Source of the DNA: Mobula birostris
Lineage: Eukaryota
DNA: 64,000 bases
Assembly: GCF_030028105.1 (NCBI RefSeq)
Contig: NC_092377.1
Location: 3,911,079-3,975,078, forward strand
Direction: 5' to 3'
The notes beneath the pieces are model-generated. The model saw only the letters and a program-made list of their open reading frames with translations, was not told the DNA's origin and ran no database searches. Both the position numbers and the translations under genes were made by a program. Of this stretch, positions 9,600 to 20,762 are shown one piece after another; the stretch's first letter is position 1, and every line of letters begins with the position of its first letter.

Positions 9600-11750
9600 G
9601 TCCAAGAGCCTGGTGGCTGAAGGCAGTAACTGATCCTGAACCTGGTGGTGCGAGTCCTGGGGCTCTTGTACCTTCCACCGGATGGCAGCAGTGAGAAAAG
9701 AGCAAAGTCTGGGTGCTGAGGATCTCTAATGATGGATGCTGTTTTTCAACCTCAATATTTCATCTAGATGTGCTCAATAGTTGGGAGGGTTTTACCCGTG
9801 ATGTACTGGGCTGAATCCACTACCTTTTGTAGGATATTCTATTCAAAGGCATTGGTGTTCCCATACCTGACCAAGGGATGAAATCCAGGTTCCAATTGAT
9901 AAGGTGGTACTGATTAGTTTTGAGGGGATGATAGTGTTAAATGCTGAGCTGTAATCGATAAAAAGCATCCTGATGTACGCATCTTCACTGTCCAGATGTT
10001 CCAGGGTTGTGTGAAGAGCCAACAATACAGCATCTGCTGTAGACTTGTTGCTTCAGTAAGTGCATTAGAGCGGGTCCAAGTCACCATTCAGACAGGAGCT
10101 GATATGCTTCAACAACAGCCTCTCAAAACACTTCACAACTGTGGATATAGGTGCCACTGAGTGATAGACAGGTTACACGCTCTTCTTGGGCACCAATACA
10201 ATTGAAACCAGCTTGAAGCAGGTGAGTACCACACACTGCTGGAGCAAGGCGTTGAAGATATCCGTGGATACACCAGTCAGTTGGTCAGCACAGGTCTTCA
10301 GTATTCAGCTGAGTACCTGGCCTGGACCGGATGCTCTCCTTGGATTCACTCTCTTGAAAGCAATCCACACACCATCTTCAGATACTGAGACCAAAGGATC
10401 ATTGGGAGACACGGGGGTGTGTGATGGTTCCTCCCTGTTCCGGTGGTTAACGTGAGCAAAGAAGGCTTTGAGCTCCTCTGGAAGTGTAGCTCTGCTGTCT
10501 CCTATTTAGCAAGATTTAACTTTGTAGGAGATTATGACATTCAAACCCTGCCAAAGCTGTCGAGGATCCCTCATTGACTCCAGTCTAGACCGGAATCTCC
10601 TCTTTGCCCAAGAGATGGCTTTCCAGAGATCATACCTGCACCTCTTGTAGCATTCTTGATCTCCAGACTTGAATGCCTCTGATCTGACTCTCAGAAGGTT
10701 CTGGATTTCATTGTTCATTCAAGGGCTTCTGATTGGGGAAAAACATGAACAATTTAATGGGATACACTTGTCCACAGCTGTTTTCATAAAGTCTGTAATG
10801 ACCCTAGTTTAGTCATTCAGGTGGTCAGCTGAGCTCTTGAGGGTGGGCCAGTCCACTGCCTCAAGGCAATCCTGGAACCATTCTCAGCCTCCAGCGACCA
10901 CCTCTTGGTTGTCTTGACCTCTGGATCCTGGACCTTTAGGCTCTCTCTGTTTGCAGGTAACAGGAGTACAGCCAAGTGATCTGACTTGCCAAAGTGTGGT
11001 CTCGGGAGGAACAATAGGTGTTCCTTATCATACTAGAGCAGTGGTCTAGTGTGTTGGGACCGCTTGTGCAACAGGTTCTGTGCTGGTGCAAATTGGCCAG
11101 GTTTTCTTCAAACAGGCCTGGTTAAAGTCACTGACTATAATTTGAAATGCATTGGGTCAGGCCATTTCTTGTTTACAAACAACGTTGTACTGTTTCGCAG
11201 GTGCTTGCTTATGGTCGGACAATGGTGGTACGTAAACTACAGTTAGGATCACAGATGAAAACTCCCAAGGCAAATAAAAAGGTTTACATTTAATCATTAG
11301 CTGTTCTAAGTCAGGGTATCAAGAAGTCAACATAACACCAACGTCCGTACATCAACGAGAATTGATGAAAAAGCATATGCTGCCACCACTTTCTGAAACA
11401 GAATCTGAGGTTCGATCCATTCTGAAAATTGTAAAGCTCCTGCTCAGATAGCTGTGTCTGGTATGTTCACTGTTTTAATGCAGCAACAACTGAGTTCAGC
11501 CTCATCTGCCTCTGACACACCAGTCTTGCTCTGAAATCGTCAATGTTATTTTCAAGTGACTGCACCTTTGCTAACAAGATGGTAGGCAGAGGAGGCCTCA
11601 TCCCTCTATGTTTCAGACTTTGTGAATGTCGGTTCTCCTGCCATCTTTTCAGCCTTGGTGTTGACTCATAAAGGCTCCATGGTTTAAGGCTCCATATTGA
11701 ACTGCTCCACATTTAATTGTCCAAAGTGAGATCTGAACAGTTCTGATTCT
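9600..11750 (-). mobile_element. Rex1/Babar LINE remnant (APE plus RT)
   Basis: SGGSICFFINSR, DLEQLMIKCKPFYLPWEFSSVILTVVYVPP, DFNQACL and [11 protein letters not shown] motifs, with stops and deletions. Confidence 0.85.
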
Positions 11751-11929
11751 CCGGTGCATGAAACTCACTCAATGACCCTCATCATTTCAGACACGTGTGA
11801 CCTTAAAAAACTCAAAGTACATTTGTCACCCATTTTTCCTTTCGTATGTCCACGCTGCCTTAGTAAAGCAGCAACAGCTGTTGTTCAATGCTCCAAACGA
11901 CCCATTTATTTCTTGGTGTTTTTTCAAGG

Positions 11930-13560
11930 AAATTTCGAGGAATTTGATAAAGGACAGGCACTAAATGTTGTCAACATGGTCTTTGACAAGGTCCCACATT
12001 GGAGGTTGATCAATAAGGTTTTGTCATTTGGTATTGAAGATGAGACAGTAAATTGACTTTGCAGAAGAACTGGAGAGTCTTGTCATCTTCAGAAGTTTTC
12101 TGATGACTCTGCCATAGTTGGATGCATCAGCAAGGGAGATGAGGCTGAGTACAGAGCTACGGTAGGAAACGTTGTCACATGGTGTGAGCAGAATTATCTG
12201 CAGCTTAATGTGAAAAAGACTAAGGAGCTGGTGGTAGACCTGAGGAGAGCTAAGGCACTGGTGACCCCTGTTTCCATCCAGGGGGTCAGTGTGGACATGG
12301 TGGAGGATTACAAATACCTGGGGATACGAATTGACAATAAACTGGACTGGTCAAAGAACACTGAGTCTGTCTACAAGAAGGGTCAGAGCCGTCTCTATTT
12401 CCTGAGGAGACTGAGGTCCTTTAACATCTGCTGGACAATGCTGAGGATGTTCTACGAGTCTGTGGTGGCCAGTGCTATCATGTTTGCTGTTGTGTGCTGG
12501 GGCAGCAGGCTGAGGGTAACAGACACCAACAGAATCAACAAACTCATTTGTAAGGCCAGTGATGTTGTGGGGATGGAACTGGACTCTCTGAATGTGGTGT
12601 CTGAAAAGAGGATGCTGTCCAAGTTGCATGCCATCTTGGACAATGTCTCCCATCCACTACATAATGTATTGGGTGGGCACAGGAGTACATCCAGCCAGAG
12701 ACTCATTCCTCCAAGGTGCAGCACAGAGCATCATAGGAAGTCATTCCTGCCTGTGGCCATCAAACTTTACAGCTCCTCCCTTGGAGGGTCAGACACCCTG
12801 AGCCGATAGGCTGGTCCTGGATTTATTTCATAATTTACTGGCATAATTTACATATTACTATTTAACTATTTATGGTTCTGTTACTGTTTATTATTTATGG
12901 TGCAACTGTAACTAAAACCAATTTTCCCCTGGGATCAATAAAGTATGACTATGACTATGACTATGACTGGGAGTGGTAATAAATGATTGCCTCTGACTGG
13001 AGGCCTGTGACTAGTGGAGTACTTCAGGGATCAGTGTTGGGTCCACTGTTCTTTGTCATCTATATCAATGATCTGGATGATAATGTGGAAAATTGAATCA
13101 GCAAATTTTCAGATGGCATCAAGATTAAAGATGTAGTGGACACTGAGGAAGGTTATCAAAGCTTGTTGTGGGATTTGGATCAACTGCAAAAATGGACTGA
13201 AAAATTGCAGATGGAAGTTACTGCAGGCAAGTGTCACATGTTGCATTTTGGAATGCTTACACAATGAGTGATAGGGCACTGAGGAGTGTGTAGAACAAGG
13301 AATCAGGGAATACAGAGAGATGGTTTCTTCAAAGTGGCATCATAGGGTTGTAAAAAAAGCTTTTGTCACAGTGGTCTTCATTAATCAATGTATTGAGTAC
13401 AGGAGTTGTTATGTTATGTTGAAGTTGTATAAGACATTGGTGAGGCTTATTTTGGCAGAATGTGTGCCACTCTGATCATCTACCTACAGGAAAGATATAA
13501 ATAATGTTGAAAGAGTGCAAAGAAAAATCACAAGTATGTTACTGAGATATAAGGTTGGAT
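11930..13560 (+). mobile_element. Decayed CR1 RT/3' fragment, interrupted by a younger Rex1 3' fragment
   Basis: FDKVPH motif before 12056; the element resumes at about 12968. Confidence 0.7.
12057..12968 (+). mobile_element. Rex1/Babar LINE, 5'-truncated, with (TATGAC)n tail
   Basis: FSDDSAIVG and LNVKKTKELVVD motifs, open 199-aa C-terminal ORF (12210-12809), tail at about 12943-12967. Confidence 0.9.
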
Positions 13561-14230
13561 GCTTCAGCACTTGGAGATGATTATGGGGGATAGAGGCAGT
13601 GTGATTGTACCTCGTTGTGAGAAGGTTGCAGGATGCTGCGCAAGCTGATGTCTGACCCCGTTACGCTGATTTAAGCTCCCATTGTTCGCTGATTGAAGGA
13701 ACGAGGCCAATTGAAACATCAAGGCAAGTGTGCAAGTTTGGGTGCTGCAGCGCTTTGCAGTCTCTGAGAGGATTCTGGGAGACAGAGGCAGGGTGTGCGG
13801 ACCTCGTAGTGGGCAGGCTGCAGGACGATGCTTGGTACCACTCCACTGATTAAAGCACCCAGAGTTTGTCGATTAAAGTGTCGAAGTGTGGGCAGAGGGT
13901 GAACGCCGACTGCTTGCCTTTTCATCTATACCAGAGAGGGGAGAGTTTGTAGCCAATGCTTCTTCACTGGAATGTCTACTTTTTGTATTTTGGATTCGGA
14001 CTATGAACTACAGACTCTATTTTTTCAGTTTTTAAGTTTTTATATACTGTGTTTTTCCACCAAATCCTCTCTGTTTTTTTTTGTACGGGCAGAGTGATTT
14101 GGGGGTTGATATGCCCGATCCATTTAGTTCATTTTTTTTTGGTGCAGAAGGAGGAATTTGGGGGTTGATCCATTATTGCCCTCTTTTTGGCTTTTATGCT
14201 AAGCGTAAATGGAGAAACGATAAAGGGAAA

Positions 14231-16881
14231 GGGGACTTCCGCCTGTAGCTCGATGGAGTAATACATAAAATTTGTGGCTGCCTTTAATTCCTCCTTTTCC
14301 CCAGTCTAAACTTTGAATTATTCAACTTTTATTTTTTGGATCTTGCAGGGAAATAGTGGTCATTATGTCGTATCCTTTAAGAAGTGGAAAACAGCTTTTT
14401 GAACCCAGCAATGGAAAGGGAAAAACTTCAAAAGAAAAATTAGAAGACATGCCTGCCTGGGCTGAGCGTTTGTAACGTGCGTTGATGGGTCTCGACAACA
14501 AAATGGATAATAACACTTCTTAGTTGAAGTCGTTCCGACAGAGTTTACAGACTATTCAGGAAAATATTGTTCCCTTGAATACTGAGTTTAAAGAATCGAA
14601 ACGTCAGATTGTGGATATTTCAACCCGATTGTCACAGGCTCAACGCAAAATTGTCGATTTGGAGGCAAAGTCTCGTCGGAATAACATTCATATTGTGGGT
14701 CTTCAGGAAGGCTCTGAAAATGGGAATTTATTGGATTATTTTGCCAATCTGTTTCAATCTTTGTTCCCGGATATTCTATCTCAGCCTCCCGATATTGAAA
14801 GAGCTCGCAGAATTTTCACTTTGTCAAATAAAGCCCGACCAATTTTAGTCAACTTTCTTCACTTTAAAGTTAAAGGCCAAATCATAAAATGTGCAAGAAA
14901 GCAGAAAGTTTTTAAATTTAACGGTTCCGAGACCCGTTTTTATGAAGATTATCCATGGAAAATTATGGAACAACGGATCAAATTCATATCGGCCATGAAG
15001 ATCGCTCATGAAAAAAGACTTTTTCCATCCCTGAGATACCCAGCGAGACTAAAGTTATTTCCTAAAGATTCTACCCCTCGTGTCTTCTTGGATCCCCAGG
15101 CGGCATTGGATTTTGTCAATTCTATTGTGGAATCGGCTGATGTATGAAGGATATTAGAGTTTCTGAATAATTCTCTGAAAGAGAACAGGTTTTGAAGATT
15201 TTGGTATGCTGAAGATATCCTTTGATCGATGGATTACTTAAAGAAGAGGTGATCTTCTTGGTTTGACTAAAGAATGACTTTTTCTTGAAGACTGTTTAGC
15301 ATACGGAGTGAATTAATACAGCGGATAGATTGTGAACTGGTTTGATTATCTGTTTCTAATTTTCTTTTTCTTTATTAGCTAAGTGTTAGTTTGCTTACAG
15401 TTTCTACAGACTTTTTTCTTATATTATGGAGTGTTTAGTAATAGATAATTAGCTTTAGTTCTTTTGTTAAATAAGGTAGTAAGTTAAAGAATAATGGCGC
15501 TGCTTTTCTCTCTTTAGAGATTAACTCTTTGGGTTAGTAGTATTGCTTTGGCGTCTTTGGAGACTGTCTTCGCATTCCCTTAGTTTATTTTCAATGATTA
15601 AGTATAAACATTTTTTTCTTTGTTGAGCTTTCTTATCTTAAGGTTACGTATTTTCGTTGTAAGGGGGAGGGGGGAATTGGGAGAAAAAACTTTTAATCAT
15701 TATTTAAATTGAGCGGCACGCGGAATTCCGTTCTTATCTTTCTCTTCTTGGGGATGCGTTCCGGCTTTTTCTCTCTTTTGCCTGATTTCCTTCTTTGGGG
15801 ATGGTGGGAGGTTTGGGGGTATTTTTGTATTTTAGGGTTTATTGTGGGTTTTTTTTTCACACACACTTCCGGCACTTTTTCCCATTATGGAGTTCCGGAG
15901 CATGCGTGTTTTCTATTTGGTTATATTCATCACCGCCATCTTTGATTAGCCCGCGATGGTATGGGCATATATTGTCGTGTTTAAGAATAATATCCAATGG
16001 TACTTAAACAGATAAACGTTATTAGTTGGAATGTACGTGGCTGGAATCACCCTATTAAGCGAAGGAAGACTTTGAAAGTTATTAATCGATTCCAGCCCGA
16101 TATAATTTTTGTTCAAGAAACGCATATTAGAACGGGCGATCAAAATAGATTCTTTAAAAAATGGAAGGATCTTCAATACCATGCTACTTGTCAAAATAAA
16201 ACTAAGGGAGTATCTATTTTTATTAAATCTAATATTTTATTTATTCAAGAAGACATTGTCTCAGATAATAACGGTAGATTTTTAATTATTAAAGGAACAA
16301 TTTGTAATAGAAAAATTGGCCTGGTTAATCTACACGGACCTAATGTAGATGATCCTTCTTTTTTTAAAAATGTATTTGGTTTATTACCAGACTTAAATGA
16401 ATATATGCTGCTGATGGGAGGTGACTTCAACTGTTGTTTAAACCCTTTGATTGACAAGAGTTCAACCAATCAGCAGCTTCTGAGTCGTTCGGCAACACTT
16501 ATTAATTCCTTTTTAATTGATTATGATGCTTGGGTATATGGATTTGGTTGGCGGTTTGATGTCTTTTTTTTATGGAAGCTTGTACGTCGTATAGCTTTGG
16601 GTTTGTGCTCCAAATGGGTGTTTTTTTCCCCTTTTTTTTTAGTTATTAGGGGTTTTTTCTGTTTTAGTTAGTAGAGGTTCTTTTTTTCTTTCTTTTTTCC
16701 ATAAAAAAAGCTTTAACACTTTGTTTTTTGATTATTATTGATATACTGTTCAGTCTGGTTGATAGTTTAACTCTTATTCTACAAATGGGTATGTTGTCTT
16801 GATTATTTTGATGTATTTTTCTCTGTTGTTGACTTTCAATAATAATTAATAAAATGACTTAAAAAGAAAAAGAAAAAGAAA
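14231..16881 (+). mobile_element. L1-clade LINE, internally deleted (5'UTR-ORF1-APE-3'UTR-polyA)
   Basis: Starts GGGGACTTCC. ORF1 14365-15147 has two stops and RSRRNNI/IERARR/YPARL motifs. ORF2 APE (SWNVRG, QETH, GGDFN) begins at 15997 and switches to a T-rich 3'UTR near 16525. AATAAA at 16848 and an A-rich tail. Confidence 0.9.
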
Positions 16882-17249
16882 GGGGAACATGATGGGGAAT
16901 TCCTTCATTCAGAGGTTGGTGAGAGTGTGGAATGAAATGCCAGCAGATTTCAACATTTGCGAGAAATTTGGATAGTTACATGGATGAAGGGCATATGAAG
17001 GGCTATATTCGGGTGCAGACTGATGGGGTTAGATGGGCCTACAGGGCGACTCCTGTTTCCAATGTTTTGTGATTCTATGACTAATCTAGAACCCATCCTA
17101 CCCCAATCATTCCCTCTTCTCCCCCTCACATTCAGCAGAAGATACAAAATCTCAAGGCCATGTTCCACCTGGCTCCACATCCCATTACCAATCCCTTCAA
17201 TGGGCATCTTAAATAATGAAGCTGAACCATTGATCTCACAGTCTCCCTC

Positions 17250-17455
17250 TTCATGGTCCTTACCACTTCTGGCCCACCCGCACAGCTCTCTCTCAGTAAC
17301 TTCATGGTCCTTACAGCTTCTGGCCCACCCGCACAGCTCTCTCTCAGTAACTTCATGGTCCTTACAGCTTCTGGCCCACCTGCACAGCTCTCTCTCAGTA
17401 ACTTCATGGTCCTTACAGCTTCTGGCCCACCTGCACAGCTCTCTCTCAGTAACTT
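17250..17455. repeat. Minisatellite, 4 copies of a 51-bp unit
   Basis: Unit TTCATGGTCCTTACAGCTTCTGGCCCACC(C/T)GCACAGCTCTCTCTCAGTAAC starts at 17250, 17301, 17352 and 17403. Confidence 0.95.
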
Positions 17456-17949
17456 GTTGAACTGGTTTATTATTGTCACATCTACTGAGACACAGTGAAT
17501 TAGTTGCCTTACACACTGTTCATACAGATTATTCATTACATCAGTGTATTGAGGTAGTTCCACTGAAAATAACGACAGAGTGCAGAATAAAATGTTACAG
17601 TTACAGAGAGGGTGCAGTGCAGGTAGACAACATGGTGCAAGGTCATAGCAAGGTGGATTATGAGGCCAAGAGTCTATTGAATCATACTGAGACTGTTGAC
17701 TAGTCTTATAACAGTTGGAAAGAAGTTGTCCTTCAGCCTGGAGGCATTTGCTTTCAGGGTTTTATATCTCCTGCCTGATGGAAAGTGTGAGAATCGGGTG
17801 ATGGGTGCGTTGAACACGCTGACTGTGGTGCTGGTCAAGACAGTTACACTTGGGACATTTGAGAGACTCTGAGATAGACAGATGGATGAATGAAAACAGT
17901 GAGCTATGTGGGACAGAAGTTTTTGATTAATCTCAGTGTAGGTTATGAG

Positions 17950-18150
17950 GTGTCTTGGTAGCATAACGATTAGCATGATTCTATTACAGGTCAGGGGTTG
18001 GAGTTCAAGGTTCAGTTCCAACATCCCCTGCAAGTTAATTCGTTCCATCTCATGTGTGCATGGGATTTCTCCGGGCTCTCCAGTTTCCTCCCACAATCCA
18101 AAGATGTACTGGTGAGGAGGTTAATTGGTCATTGTCAAATGTCCCATGAC
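17950..18150 (+). mobile_element. V-SINE (HE1-like) copy
   Basis: Central V-domain-like tgggatttctccgggctctccagtttcctcccaca after a degenerate tRNA-like head. Confidence 0.6.
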
Positions 18151-18619
18151 TTGACGAGGGTTAAATCAGTTTGTGACGAGGCCATGCTAATCAAAGGGCC
18201 GGAAGGGCCTATTCCAGGCTGCATATCTAAATAATAAAATCCAAATCATTGATAAAGAAATGTCGGCACAAGACCACGGGCTGAATGCCTGTACTGTGTG
18301 GCATGTTCTAGGTTCTACTTTCGATGTTCCAGAAGGACAGGCCGGATTCCATGACGTACTGAGCTCCACGACTCTGGATAGGATGTTTTCTATGGGGCAT
18401 CTGCAAAAATTGGAGAAGGTCACGGGGGGGGGGGGCATAGCGAGATTGCTCAGCGGTGTGTTCCAGGCAACAACCCCTCTCTCTGTTAAAACATTTGCCT
18501 CAATCTCCTTTTATCATCCCCTCTCTCCAGCTCAATCTGTGCCCACCCCAGGAAGAAGAGTCCGCCTACATCATCTCTGCCTCACATATTTTTAATTTTA
18601 TTTTATACACAAACATACT

Positions 18620-18782
18620 ACAAACCCGGCTGTCTTTGAAATGTGTAAGGAACTGGAACCCCCGAAGGAAACCCACGCGGTCACGGGGAGAACAAACAAA
18701 CTCCTGACACACAGCGGTGGGAATTGAACCTCGATCACTGGCACTGTAAATCATTCTGCTAACCACTACACTACTGTGTCAC
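18620..18782 (-). mobile_element. V-SINE (HE1-like) copy
   Basis: Antisense tRNA-like head (gttcaattcccacc) plus V domain (ccccgtgaccgcgtgggtttcc). Confidence 0.7.
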
Positions 18783-18968
18783 GTGATTGAAAGATCTACT
18801 AATGTTAATGTAGACAACATCCACTTCCCAACCCTCCATTATCTTATCACCTCCTCAGAAACTCAGTCAAGCTGATGAGACGTGACTTTCCCCACACAAT
18901 GTCGTGCTTACTATATCTAATAAATCCATTCAGGAACACACTGCTGAATAAATAGAACTTGTACTCAC

Positions 18969-19313
18969 TGGTTACGATGAGCTGGGTGCTGTTCCCGTCG
19001 ATGTCTCCCCACACTCTGCAGTAATAGACGGCAGAATCACTGTGCACCACGTCTGTGACTGTCAGGGTGAAGCTGCTGTTGGATGAGTCTCTGTAGGGCA
19101 GGAACCTCCCAGTGAAACCCCGTCCCCACTCTGTGCTGCCTCCTGCCCTGTGTGTTAAAACCCACTCCATGTCCTGCCCGGGTAGTTTCCGATACCAGTG
19201 GACATCGGTGTCTTCCAGCCTGGCGTTTCTCAAGGTACACCATAACCACGCCGTGTGACCCTCAGTGACACGCTGTATGCTCGGGGACTGGATAAGGACA
19301 GGAATGTCTGCAC
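18969..19313 (-). CDS. Exon 3: Ig V-set domain 2 with germline-joined, degenerate J-like strand
   Basis: Acceptor ttctcccttacag|GT, donor ACCA|GTGAGT, 345 bp, phase 1-1. Has WLWC, VHWYRKLPGQ, GRF, DSAVYYC and DGNSTQLIVT. Confidence 0.93.
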
Positions 19314-19409
19314 CTGTAAGGGAGAATATCGTCACTTCAACCCCAGTTTGAGGGGTGTCTGGACCGAGGTGCTGTGTGGCGGGGGGCATGGTTTTGAACA
19401 GTGATACCA

Positions 19410-19930
19410 TAAAACCATAAGATAAATAAGCAGAAGTAGGCCATTCAGCCCATCAAATCTGCTCTGCCATGCAATCATCGCTGATCCTATTCTTCCAGTC
19501 ATCCCCACTCCCCTGCCTTTTCCCCATACACTTTGATGCCCTGGCTAATCAGGAATCATTCTCTGCCTTAAATGCACCCAATGACTTTGCCCCCACAGCC
19601 GCTCGTGACAACAAATTCCGCAGATTTACCACCCTCTAACTAAAGTACTTTCTCCGCATCCCTGTTCTAAATGGACGTCCTTCAATCCTGAAGTCGTGCC
19701 CTCTTGTCCTAGACTCCCTTACCATGGGAAATAATTTTGCCATATCTAATCTGTTCAGACCTTTAAATATTCAGAATGTTTCTATGAGATCCCTCCCTCA
19801 TTCTCCAGAACTTCAAGGAATACCCCCCAAGAGCTGCCAGACGTTTCTCATACAGTAACCCTTTCATTCCTGGAATCATTCTCATAAATCTATCTCGAAC
19901 CCTGTCCAATGTTAGAACATCCTTTCTGAA
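19410..19930 (-). mobile_element. CR1 3' fragment
   Basis: RT C-terminal and 3'UTR sequence in antisense, starting about 100 bp from the V2 acceptor. Confidence 0.75.
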
Positions 19931-20762
19931 TAGAAAGAAACACAACTGAGTCAATGAAAAGGCAGACTGACATCCAATGTGAAAAGGACTATAAATTGTG
20001 CAAAAACAGAAGGGTAAAACAATAATAATCATGGTAATAATAATAAATAAATATCAACTACTGAAGATGAAGAGCCCTTGATCTGCTGTGGGACCAGCAA
20101 GTAAATAAGTACCTTTACAAAGAAGGCAGAGCAGCACATCGAGTTGTATTTTTTTAAGGAGTTTGGACAGTTTCAGCATGTTGTCTAAAACTGACCAACT
20201 CCTAATGTTAAGCACAGAAGGGAGTATCCTGACTGGTTTCATGATGACATGGCATGGAAACTGAAATGACCAAGAACAGAAAGCCTACAGAAAGCTGTGG
20301 ATACAGCCCAGCCATCTCGGGATAGGCCCTTCCCACCATTGGGCTAAGAGGCTATTGGACAGCTTCTTACAACAAGCCATTAGACTTTTAAATTTCACCT
20401 GTCTGTACATCACTAAGGAGTCATGATGCAACAATTTTTACTCTCTCACATTGTGGGATGGACATAAGATTTAAACAGATTCTAATTTCGATTCAGAACA
20501 TTTACGAGGAGCACTGCGACAATAAAGAAGCATCTATCATTAAGGAGCACCCCATCCAGGCAATGCTCTCTTCTCACTGCTGCCTTTGGTAAGAAGGTAC
20601 AGCAGCCTCCAATCTTGCACCACCAGGTTCAGGATCAGTTATTACTCCTCAACAATCAGGCACCTAAATCAACTTCACTCACCTCAACACTGAACCGATT
20701 CCACGAACTATGGACTCACTTTCAAGGAATCTACAACTCATGTTCACAGTATTATTGATTTA

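Noticed and set aside
16950-17563. ORFs of 143-188 aa with repeated peptides
   Set aside because: They arise from the 51-bp minisatellite plus flanking CR1/repeat sequence; open in several frames with no splice support.
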